A DNA stretch of 63,468 nucleotides, filler included, from Octopus bimaculoides (Eukaryota), in the NCBI RefSeq assembly GCF_001194135.2. It is 6 parts of 5 records of this genome, joined end to end, with 100 filler letters (N's around TTAATTAATTAA, not from the genome) between each part and the next. Parts side by side here need not be neighbours in the genome. Positions count along the whole stretch, not along the records: positions 35,527 to 56,419 come from NC_069008.1; positions 56,520 to 62,247 come from NC_068981.1; positions 62,348 to 63,468 come from NC_069006.1; 3 more parts are not named here. One strand, given 5' to 3'. A program made the translations under genes and the position numbers. Below, in pieces: positions 52,267-63,468 of the stretch. Position 1 is the stretch's first letter; each line of letters starts with the position of its first letter. The notes under the pieces are model-generated. The model saw only the letters and a list, made by a program, of their open reading frames with translations, searched no databases and was not told where the DNA came from.

Positions 52267-52860
52267 CATGTATATACATATACATACATTTATATATATA
52301 TATATATATATANNNNNNNNNNNNNNNNNNNNNNNNNNNNNNNNNNNNNNNNNNNNNNNNNNNNNNNNNNNNNNNNNNNNNNNNNNNNNNNNNNNNNNNN
52401 NNNNNNNNNNNNNNNNNNNNNNNNNNNNNNNNNNNNNNNNNNNNNNNNNNNNNNNNNNNNNNNNNNNNNNNNNNNNNNNNNNNNNNNNNNNNNNNNNNNN
52501 NNNNNNNNNNNNNNNNNNNNNNNNNNNNNNNNNNNNNNNNNNNNNNNNNNNNNNNNNNNNNNNNNNNNNNNNNNNNNNNNNNNNNNNNNNNNNNNNNNNN
52601 NNNNNNNNNNNNNNNNNNNNNNNNNNNNNNNNNNNNNNNNNNNNNNNNNNNNNNNNNNNNNNNNNNNNNNNNNNNNNNNNNNNNNNNNNNNNNNNNNNNN
52701 NNNNNNNNNNNNNNNNNNNNNNNNNNNNNNNNNNNNNNNNNNNNNNNNNNNNNNNNNNNNNNNNNNNNNNNNNNNNNNNNNNNNNNNNNNNNNNNNNNNN
52801 NNNNNNNNNNNNNNNNNNNNNNNNNNNNNNNNNNNNNNNNNNNNNNNNNNNNNNNNNNNN

Positions 52861-53710
52861 NGAAGCTAGTATGATCTGCTGGAAGGTTAATGTCAGTGTG
52901 CACACACAACAGAGTGTAAGTGCCCTGAGAGAAATGTTGGACATAAGAAGCATCAGATGTGGTGTGCTAGAGAGACAACTGCACTGGTATGGTCATGTGC
53001 TACATATGGATGAGGAGAGCTGTGTGAAGAAGTGTCACTGCCCAACAGTGGAAGGAATCCAAGAAAGAAGGAGCCCCAGGAAGACATGGGATGAGGTGGT
53101 GAAGCATGACCTTTGAACGTTGGGTCTCACAGAGGCAATGACGAAAGACCGAGACCTCTGGAGATATGCTGTGATTGAGAAGACCCTGCAAGGAAAGTGA
53201 GATCACAGTCATAACCTACACCAGTATTGCATAACCAGCCCATTTAAGGAGTACCTTTGAATTGTCGGGCGACATGCTTGAGGAGACCTATTGAGTTAAG
53301 TAAATCAATCAAAATCAAATCAAATCACAAGTGTGGGTCATTGCAAGTGCTGCCTGATTGGCTCCCCGTGCCAGTGGTACATAAAGAGTACCATCTGAAC
53401 ATAGTCAATGCCAGCCACCCCATCCAGACTGGTTCCTGCGTCAGTGGCACGTAAAAAGCACCATCCAAACGTGGCCAATGCAAGTGCCACCTGACTAGCT
53501 CCCATACCGGTGACACTACACTGGTATGGAACTACACTTTGGAGGCACTACACTTTTGGAGTGGTTAGCATTAGGAAGGACATTCAGCTGTAGAAACATT
53601 GCCAGATCAGATTGGAGCCTGGTGCGGCCTTCTAGCTTGACAGTCCCCAGTCAACCCATCCAACCCATGCCAGCATGGAAAACGGACGTTAAATGATGAT
53701 GATGATGATG
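52861..53710 (+). mobile_element. RTE-clade LINE 3' end with 3'UTR and (GAT)n tail
   Basis: ERQLHWYGHVLHMDEESCVKKC...PRKTWDEVVKHDL, then a 3'UTR similar to 3400-3630, ending AAATGATGATGATG. Confidence 0.88.
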
Positions 53711-54038
53711 CATATATATATACATGTACATCTATACATATATATCTATACATATACATGTATACATACATATGTATACATATACATACATATATATGTG
53801 CAGCTGTATATATGCATGCATATATATATATTCACATGAACCCTAAGTAAAGTCTGTTTAAAATTTGAATGAAATCAGTTGGGTAGTTTTCAAGTTTTAG
53901 TGATGCACACAAACAGACACACACACATTCTCAGTTATATATATATAGATGTATGTATGCATATATGTATGTATTTGTATGTATATATACATTCATGCTT
54001 GTATATATGTATGTTTGTATATATATATATATATATAT

Positions 54039-54716
54039 AGTGTAGTATATTGCCACTTAAGTGTGGCTGACCCCTAGGGGTGGATGTTACTGTTGCTTTT
54101 AGCCCCAGGAGGACATCTCCTCCAGCTGGCTTATCGACACACGACTGTGTCCTGTTTGCCAAGGGAAGTTATCCCTCTCACCACGATCTGCAGCACGAAC
54201 GTATCCGGGTTTCAGGGTTATTTCCCTTCGTCGGCGTTCGATAGCTGCTGACCTTGGTGAGAGAGACAAAAACCTGGCAATCTTATATCTTCTTTTCCAG
54301 TGAAATTCTTCACTGATATCGAAAAGGTGAAAACAAGCAATCGTGGTGAGAGGGATAACTTCCCTTGGCAAACAGGANNNNNNNNNNCAAGGGAAGTTAT
54401 CCCTCTCACCACGATCTGCAGCACGAACGTATCCGGGTTTCAGGGTTATTTCCCTTCGTCGGCGTTCGATAGCTGCTGACCTTGGTGAGAGAGACAAAAA
54501 CCTGGCAATCTTATATCTTCTTTTCCAGTGAAATTCTTCACTGATATCGAAAAGGTGAAAACAAGCAATCGTGGTGAGAGGGATAACTTCCCTTGGCAAA
54601 CAGGACACAGTCGTGTGTCGATAAGCCAGCTGGAGGAGATGTCCTCCTGGGGCTAAAAGCAACAGTAACATCCACCCCTAGGGGTCAGCCACACTTAAGT
54701 GGCAATATACTACACT
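54039..54716. mobile_element. Foldback element with 149-bp perfect TIRs; internal segment duplicated across a 10-N gap (true length probably about 450 bp)
   Basis: 54039-54187 is the reverse complement of 54568-54716. The 152-bp core appears twice, once on each side of the gap at 54378-54387. Confidence 0.8.
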
Positions 54717-55795
54717 TTATCGTGCAGTTACTGTTAATACTTCATTTAGAGAATTAACATATATATATATATATATCTTAGATACCCTGTATTATAATTT
54801 TATATATATATATATATACATATATGCATATATGCTTGTATATATGTATGCTTGCATATATATATAGTGTGGCTGTGTAGTCAGAGGCTCTTTTCCCAAC
54901 CACACAATTCTAGGTTCAGTCCCAGTATGTGGCGCCTTGGGCAAGTGTCATCTACTATAGCCTGTGGCTGACCAAAGCCTTGTGAGTGGGTTTGGTAGAT
55001 GGAATCTGAAAGAAGTCCATATATATATATATATGGCGATGGTGGTGGTGGTGATGGTGGTGGTGGTGATGGTGGTAGCAATGGATGGCAGTGGTGGTAA
55101 TGTTTGTGCATTGGTAGTAAATGTTATGGTAGTAAGGGGGTTTGTGTTGTAGTTGCGGTGCTTGTTTTGTAGTGATGGCAGTGTTTATGTGTTTGTAGTG
55201 GTGATGAAGTGGCAGTGATGGTGATGGTGGTTGTTTTGTAGTGGTGGCAATGTCTGGACGTTGGTAGTGGTGGTGAAGATGGTGTTTTTATTGTAGTTGT
55301 GGTGGCAGTATTTGTGTGCTGGTAGTAGCAGTGGAGATGGTTGTGGTTATAGTGGTGATCGTTATGACTACAACAGTGATGTTGTATTAGTTATGGTAGT
55401 ACCTGTTGTAGTAGTGGTGTTAGTTGTAAATGTGGTGGTGGCCTTAGTGGTAGCATGGGTAAAAGTTGGGGTAGTGGTAGTTGTGGGGATTGTGACATCT
55501 GTGCTGCTGGTAATAGTAATGATATTGGTAAAAATGATGGTGGTAGTGGTGTTGTTGCAGTAGTGGTAGTAGTAGAGGTGTTTGTAGTGTAGTTGTAGTG
55601 GTGGTGCTGTTTGTGATAATACTTGTGGTGGTGGTTACTGGTGTTTGTAATGGTGTTGGTAGTAGTAGTAGTAGTGGTGGTGATGGTGGTGGTGGTGGTA
55701 ATGGCAATGGTAATGGTGGTGTCGTTGTAGGGTTTCTGGTAGAAGTAGTGCTGATAGTGTTGTTGATGTTGCTGTTGTTGCTGGTGATGGTGATG

Positions 55796-55830
<35 letters not shown>

Positions 55831-56264
55831 AGTGGTGATGGTGATGGTATGCGTAACTGGTTTTGGTGGTGGTGGTCCTTAGTTTTGTTGTATTGTTTTT
55901 CTTTTTTCACTTTTCATAAATGGAAGCAGGAGTGGATAAGGTAAGGTAAAATATTTGTGGATAAATAGATTTATATATATATATATATATAATGTATACA
56001 TATGTGTGCATTGTGGGGGTGTATATGCATGCATGTGTATACACACGTACCTTTGTGTCTGTGTTTTTATCCCCCCGCCGTCATGTGACAACCAATGTTA
56101 GTGTGTATATCTTCCCTTAACTTAGGAGTTTGGCAAAAAAGTGATGACAGAGTAAGTGCTAGGCTTACAAGGAATAAGTCCTTGAGCCAATTTCTTCGAC
56201 TAATACTCTTTAAAGTGGTGCTCCAGCATGAAACAAGAAAAAGAAAGGAATACATATATATACT

Positions 56265-56419
56265 CTTTTACTCTTTTACTTGTTTCAGTCATTTGACTGC
56301 GGCCATGCTGGAGCACCGCCTTTTAGTCGAGAAAATCGACCCCAGGACTTATTCTTTGTAAGCCTAGTACTCATTCTATTGGTCTCTTTTTGCCAAACCA
56401 CTAAGCTACAGGGATGTAA
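56265..56419 (+). mobile_element. SINE-like family B (GCGGCCATGCTGGAGCACCGCC...AAGCCTAGTACTTATTCT); representative copy
   Basis: Other copies at about 191-380, 1065-1380, 5720-5960(-), 11080-11290, 18480-18700(-), 47540-47740(-), 56060-56250(-). Confidence 0.8.
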
Positions 56420-56519
56420 NNNNNNNNNNNNNNNNNNNNNNNNNNNNNNNNNNNNNNNNNNNNTTAATTAATTAANNNNNNNNNNNNNNNNNNNNNNNNN
56501 NNNNNNNNNNNNNNNNNNN

Positions 56520-56580
<61 letters not shown>

Positions 56581-56641
56581 GTGAGAGAGAGAGAGAGACA
56601 CAGAGAGAGAGAGAGAGAGACACAGAGAGAGAGAGAGAGAG

Positions 56642-56675
<34 letters not shown>

Positions 56676-56737
56676 GCAGACAGACAGATAAACAGATAGA
56701 CAGACAGACAAAGAGACAGACAGACAGACAGACAGAC

Positions 56738-56798
<61 letters not shown>

Positions 56799-57488
56799 TT
56801 TTTGTACATCGAAAACACTCTGGTCAGGCATTCATATTACCTAAGACGTTCCAACTGTGAGCATCCTATCTTAGTACGTTTAGAACTACATTGTGAAATG
56901 TTTCTTCCCCGTTTTCCTGATAGTAAGTTGTAATTTCAAGGAAAATAACCTGCTATTTCTGACAAATCATGTTTACATGTTCCCTGATTGTTAGGTGTGT
57001 GTGTGTGGTTTTTTTTATTTTTGGGAATGTGTGCGTGTCTGTGTTTGTGTTTCTGTGTGTGAGTGTCTGCTTGCGTGTACTAAACACACAGTAGTGAATG
57101 TACTATCTATCTCTCAATCTCTTTCTCCCTCTTTCCCTCCCTCTCTCTCCCCTTCTCTCTCTGCCTCTCTCCTTAGTTCATTCACACACATACATACACA
57201 AATATATATACTTCATTTGTGGTCTAATTTGGCAACCAATAGTTTCGTGTAAAGAGATTTTCACAATTGGTCAAGCATTCCACATGGAAGTATTGGTACT
57301 CGTCTCCATTTTGGATGAGTACAATCTAAAATTTAAGTTGCACAACAAACACCCAGTATTTAGTACTTCATGAATATTCCAGTTTGTATTATCTTCAGAT
57401 CATTTAGTATGAATCCAGAGTTGACTATGTCGCAGAGTACATTTATTAAAAAAAAAAAACGAGTGACTGTTTATAAAATATTTAATTA

Positions 57489-57707
57489 CAGTAATCCCTC
57501 GACTATCGCGGGTGTTACGTTCCAAAACCCCTCGCGATAGATGAAAATCCGCGAAGTAGAAACAGTACTGTACTTTATATTTTTATTATTTTTATAATTT
57601 CTATATATTTCTTTCATTATAAATGCAAAACAACACCACGGAGGAATAGCCGTGAGCTTAAATAATAAACCGCGATAGGTGAACCGCGATATGGCGAGGG
57701 ATTATTG
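57489..57707. mobile_element. Tigger/pogo-like MITE
   Basis: TA|CAGTAATCCCTCGACTATCGCGG ... CCGCGATATGGCGAGGGATTATTG|TA; about 23-bp TIRs with TA TSD. Confidence 0.85.
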
Positions 57708-58251
57708 TATACTATATACCACTTAATACCAAATATAAACTGCCTTCCCAACTTCATTCAAAACAGTTGGTTGCTTTTTCCATGCTGGTAATTCTGTCAC
57801 CCATTCAGTAATGTTATATATAAAGGTTACACGTCTCTGAAGATTCGACAATGCAATTTGTTTATGTAATTTACATTCTTTCACTAGTTACTCAGTTTTT
57901 GTCATGAAACGTATGTAAAATGATGTAACCAAATATTTTATAAACAAGCTATTACCTTTTATTTTGCTATATATCATGAGATACTACGCAGTTCCTTTTA
58001 CAGATTGCTGAAAGGAAAGTAGTAAAGCAAAAAAAAAAAAAAAATTTCGATTGCAAACAGGCGCAAGGTTAAATTTCATCCTGAGCAAGATATGTCTTTC
58101 CGGAAACATCAAGAAAAATTGCGACCTCAAGATGTGAATTGCAGTAAGTTATCAGACATGACGGATGAAACTGAGAGCCAGCAAATTGTAGAATGGGAGA
58201 GCCTCAAAAGTATTTAAAAACCTGTTAAATATCTAGAGTTTGCGTCTTTGA

Positions 58252-58640
58252 GGTGGAGGCACAATGGCCCAGTGGTTAGGGCAGCGGACTCGCGGTCATA
58301 GGATCGCGGTTTCGATTCCCAGACCGGGCGTTGTGAGAGTTTATTGAACGAAGACACCCAAAGCTCCACGAGGCTCCAGTAGCGGATGGTGGCAAACCCT
58401 GTTGTACTCTTCCGCCACAACTTTCTCTTACTTCCTGTTTCTGTTGTGCCTGTAATTCAAATGGTTAGCCTTGTCACACTGTGTCACGCTGAATATCCCT
58501 GAGAACTACGTTAAGGGTACACGTGTCTGTGGAGCGCTCAGCCTCTTGCACGTTAATTTCAAGAGGAGGCTGTTCCGTTGATCGGATCAACTGGAACCCT
58601 CGACGTCGTACGTGATGGAGTGTCAACAACAACATCTTTG
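58252..58640 (+). mobile_element. tRNA-derived SINE with clear head
   Basis: A box TGGCCCAGTGG and B box GGTTTCGATTCC; body shared with 39396-39595. Confidence 0.8.
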
Positions 58641-58719
58641 AGATATAAAAATATTTCTATCTACCAGCTATCCTCAGATCTTGGCCAAACCTTTGAAACT
58701 GATGTTCAACTTTCGGGTG

Positions 58720-59330
58720 TGCGATGGGTACTCCTAAATGGGTTTCGTAGTTTTGTGGCTAAAAAACAGCTGAATTTACTGAAAAAGAATAAGTATAAGA
58801 GACTAATTAATGCCAGAACATACAGTGTACAATTGAAGAATGTGTTGAGGAGTGATGAGCTCAAATTCAGGATTTTTTTAATACAAAAAGTAGGGAGTAT
58901 ATAAGATGCTAAATGGAAGAGCGAAAATGAATGTTTAACATCTAAAATTAAACAGGATAGAGGATCTGTAAATGTCTGTGGCTGTTTGCCAGCCAACAGA
59001 GTCGTGGATATGTTAAACATAGACGAAACAATTAATACTGAGACATATTATCAGATATTAATCCACCGTGTAATGCCATCTGGAAGGAGTCCTATTGTTG
59101 GGAGCAAATTTGTTTTTAGCGTGATAATCGTAAATACATCGCTTAAGCAGTAGAAAATGTGGTTAAAGAAGAAACAACGATATAACGATTAACGCGAGTC
59201 CCTCAAAGACTACAACGGATCATTACTGAACCGTTCAGATCAGAGAAAAGCCGAGGGGCATAAACAGTCCATAGAAAAGTTACAGGAAGTTCGTTAGGGA
59301 GTCTCGAATATTATTCCACCAGATTATGTT
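58720..59330 (+). mobile_element. Tc1/mariner transposase remnant
   Basis: GFRSFVAKKQLNLLKKNKYKRL...KNVLRSDELKFRIF (WSDESKF-like), GSVNVCGC, INTETYYQIL. The N-terminal part may lie at about 57960-58250, upstream of a SINE insertion. Confidence 0.8.
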
Positions 59331-60079
59331 GCTAAATTACAGTTTAGCATTTATTCCAAAGAATATCGAAGTTGTTTCATCAATTGAATCATACTTTATA
59401 TTATTTATAAAATTAATTTAGAATCATTATTTGTCAAATGTTCTAAAATTAGCAAGTCTATATAAGAATTTAATAGTGGTTTCAAATTTTGGCACAAGGC
59501 CATCAATTTTAGGGGTGGGAGTTAAGTGGATTACGTCGACCCCAGTCTTCAAAAGGTACTTATTGTATCGACCCCGTAAGGATGAAAAGCAAACTTGACA
59601 TCGGCGGAATTTGAACTTGGAACATAATGATCCGAAGAAATACCGCAAAGCAATTTTTCCGATGTGCTAACTATTCAACCGGACCGTGGCCTTATGTAAG
59701 TATTTAATAATCCTTTCTACTCTAGGTACAAGACTTGAAAATTCGGGAGAAGTGTAAGTCGATTCCATCGATCCCAGTATGCAACAGGATAAAAGGTAAA
59801 GTCAACCTCGGGAGAATTTGAACTCTGAACGTAAAGGCGAACGAAATACCGCGTCGCACATCGTCCTGCGTGATAACGATTCTGCCAGCTCGCTGCCATT
59901 GTATCAGTATTTCATAATAACAGGATTTTATTATCCTTTATATATTCTGAATAAATTTTAGATAACATTTATAGGCGCCTAAGACTTTTGCACAAACGTG
60001 TGTGTATGTGGTCTGTGTGTGTGCATGCAGGCATATATGTGCATGTATGTGTGTATATACAAATGCATGGATTATTCGT

Positions 60080-60110
<31 letters not shown>

Positions 60111-60357
60111 GGATACTCTGTTCTAGACTGTATATACTTTTTTTATATATCTCCATTGTTCTCTCGATCTGACTTTTCTCTAATACAGATTCTAATATTG
60201 TCACGCCTGTTAAAAGTAAATACATATTTCATATATATTATCAATGAAATAATACAGATGACGAAAAACCATAATAAAGGGGAGGAGATGTAACGGTACG
60301 TTAAGGAAATGCAACTAATAATTGACATAAGTTTCATACATAAATAGATAGATAGAC

Positions 60358-60404
<47 letters not shown>

Positions 60405-62067
60405 GTACATTCACACATTCATACACATAGACAATCACATACAGATATATACAAACGCANNNNNNNNNNNNNNNNNNNNNNNNNNNNNNNNNNNNNNNNN
60501 NNNNNNNNNNNNNNNNNNNNNNNNNNNNNNNNNNNNNNNNNNNNNNNNNNNNNNNNNNNNNNNNNNNNNNNNNNNNNNNNNNNNNNNNNNNNNNNNNNNN
60601 NNNNNNNNNNNNNNNNNNNNNNNNNNNNNNNNNNNNNNNNNNNNNNNNNNNNNNNNNNNNNNNNNNNNNNNNNNNNNNNNNNNNNNNNNNNNNNNNNNNN
60701 NNNNNNNNNNNNNNNNNNNNNNNNNNNNNNNNNNNNNNNNNNNNNNNNNNNNNNNNNNNNNNNNNNNNNNNNNNNNNNNNNNNNNNNNNNNNNNNNNNNN
60801 NNNNNNNNNNNNNNNNNNNNNNNNNNNNNNNNNNNNNNNNNNNNNNNNNNNNNNNNNNNNNNNNNNNNNNNNNNTATATATATATATATGTATGTATGTA
60901 TGTATATATATATATTGATCTAGATGTATGTATATACATATATGCATAATATATATTTGTATGTATATTGTCTGTGTGTGTGTTAGTGCATGTATCTGTG
61001 TAAAGAAAAAAGGTTAATTAGTAATTCCATTACAATTCTTCGTCTCTTTTTCTTTTTGTTTCTTTCGTTTTTGGCGCTTGCTTAAATCTCAAATCGCAAC
61101 TCCGGAAACTATAGCGACCTGATATTTTCTGTTACCTACTGATTGTATGTTTATTTTTGCAGTCAGTGCATTAATGCTTCACAATTAAAAAAGAATAAAA
61201 TAAAATATAATAAAATAAAAACTTAACGTATACTATACGAAAACTCTTCGAAAGGTTCTTTCTTTCTTTCTTTCTTTTATAAGCTAATACTACGACTAAA
61301 ACCAAATATAAATTATGAACATCGCATTATATATTACTATATCACACACTATTTCTTTTCGAACAATAGAGTTAGGTATAAAAATTAATAGTGATTTTCA
61401 TAAAGTGAACGAAAACTATAAAGAACAAGTGAAGAATAGATGTAACTGTAGACGAACTTAACAGACGACTCTATCAATTTTTGGTATGAATGAATCGTAA
61501 GTTCTTTTTCGTTTAAAGACACATTTCATTGTGTCAAATTCTTGGGGATATTTTTGTTGTCGTTTTTTTTTCTTCTGCTTTTTTTCCACTTTTAATTAAC
61601 TTCACTTTCCGATTCTTCTATATTGTTAGAATCTGTTAACAAAATTCTGAAAAAGGTAAGCACAGACATAGCTGTGTACTTAAGTTAGTCACTTTACTGC
61701 CACATGATTCCTGTTTCAGTTCCACAGTGTGATAACTTGGGTAAGCATGTCTTAACAAATTCTGAAAATGGTACACACAGGCATGTTGTGTGGTTAAGAA
61801 AGTCACTTTGCTTTCAACAACGCAGTTTCTGTTTCAATCCCGCTGTGCAGCACCTTGGGTTAGCGGTTAGTGTCTCCTACTATAGCTTTGGGTCAAGTAA
61901 TGCCGGGTGACAAAATGCGGTAGACAGAAACTGTGTGGGAGCCCACCGTATATATATATATATATATATATATGGGAGAATATACAAATAATAACAACAG
62001 ACGAGGACAGGTGGTGTAAATAACAAAAGTATATATTAGTATGACGCTCGGGAATATATATATATAT

Positions 62068-62127
<60 letters not shown>

Positions 62128-62180
62128 GGACAGACAGACAGATAGAAGATATGTATATGGATATTTATGTCTGTCATACC

Positions 62181-62220
62181 GGCCATGACGAAGGGAAATA
62201 GCCCTGAAACTCGAGTCGCC
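62181..62220 (+). ncRNA. Minimal type I hammerhead ribozyme-like motif with one core insertion
   Basis: GGC-C(a)TGACGA-AGGG-aaatag-CCCT-GAAAC-tcga-GTC-GCC: stems I, II and III, palindromic stem III, GUC cleavage triplet. Confidence 0.55.
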
Positions 62221-62347
62221 TTTATATATATATATTTATATTTATATNNNNNNNNNNNNNNNNNNNNNNNNNNNNNNNNNNNNNNNNNNNNTTAATTAAT
62301 TAANNNNNNNNNNNNNNNNNNNNNNNNNNNNNNNNNNNNNNNNNNNN

Positions 62348-62397
<50 letters not shown>

Positions 62398-62544
62398 TAT
62401 GTATTTGTGTGTGTGTATATATATATATACATGCATGTATACATACATGTATATAAATGTCAATGCATATACGTATCTATGTATATGTGTATATGCAATT
62501 GCACATATGTACAGATGCGCGCACACACACGCATATATATATAG

Positions 62545-62621
<77 letters not shown>

Positions 62622-62731
62622 TTTAAAAATAAGATAAAATCTTTATAAGAATTTATCATGTAATCAGCGTGAAAAACCTCACAAGGGAAAAAATTTTAAT
62701 TATTCCCTTTAAACATAGTTATTTATATTAA

Positions 62732-62927
62732 GGGCATTACTATACATAAATGCCTCGTCTGGCATGTTGAATTTTTAAGGAGCTCGCTTCGAGAGTTGCT
62801 TTCCCTCGCTTTCGGTACGTCTACCAAATCCACTCATTTATTATGAGTATTTTTGGTAGTATTTATTATGGTAATTTTGACTTTCAGAGTCCCTCATCGC
62901 GTGAGGCATTTATGTATAGTAATGCCC
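62732..62927. mobile_element. 196-bp MITE with 25-bp perfect TIRs, Kolobok-like
   Basis: GGGCATTACTATACATAAATGCCTC ... GAGGCATTTATGTATAGTAATGCCC. Flanks are TTAA (left) and GTAA (right). The first 13 bp match the 31591 element at 12/13. Confidence 0.8.
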
Positions 62928-63468
62928 GTAACATATATAAAATATATCTATCTATAGATAGATAGATAGATAGATAGATATGTGTGCGTATGTGAATATA
63001 TATCTATTTCATTATTTATTTTATTTTGAAATTTATTGCTAATAGAGAAAAAACCAGTTTGTTGACCTAGATCCAAGGCTCCTTCATTGGAAATTCAACA
63101 TCAATCACAGGGTATTATTGTTTGAATGTTTGTATGTATGTATGTACGTTTGTATGTATGTATGTATGTACGTATTATGTAAATAGAATTTTCTCATGTA
63201 GATGCTTCACTTAGACGGTAACTTGCTATATTACTCAACCTAACACCGCAAAACTTCTCACCAACTTTCTCCCTGTCTGATTCTTTTTGAATTAAACTAT
63301 ATTTGTCTACGCCTTTAAAAATTTTTCTCACTCTCTCTTTCTCTTCAGACAGGCAGAAGCAAGAACAATGCCGCTATTACTTGAATACCATACAAATGTC
63401 TTTAAAAAGACCTTTCTTTTAAATTTACCAAATTTTTCAATAATTTTTCAAAAATTCATTATTCATAT

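Noticed and set aside
54188-54600. Tandem duplication of the foldback core as a biological event
   Set aside because: Identical copies on either side of a 10-N gap are better explained by unmerged contig overlap.
58252-58330. Apparent tRNA gene
   Set aside because: Has A and B boxes but continues into a SINE body shared with 39396-39595, and no clean acceptor stem was found.

Overview
AT-rich, microsatellite-dense animal genomic scaffold with many N gaps and five artificial N44-TTAATTAATTAA-N44 linkers. The repeat families and the gene suggest a coleoid cephalopod, probably Octopus (inference, not verified). One host gene is supported: a two-coding-exon opine/octopine dehydrogenase-family gene on the minus strand (32707-32555 joined to 29464-28379, 412 aa). 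Its frame is intact, but it appears to lack the NAD-binding glycine motif and the catalytic His/Asp pair, so it is a candidate pseudoenzyme. Most other recognisable sequence is transposon-derived: a decayed Ty3/Gypsy element, RTE, RTE-BovB and R4/Dong-like LINE pieces, three Penelope-like (GIY-YIG) fragments, Helitron remnants, Kolobok-, hAT-, Tc1- and Tigger-type elements, and many SINE copies. Notable small structures are a near-canonical minimal hammerhead ribozyme motif, a repeated hammerhead-like fold with an unusual core, a pre-miRNA-like hairpin in the dehydrogenase intron, and several long inverted repeats. All alignments were done by eye.
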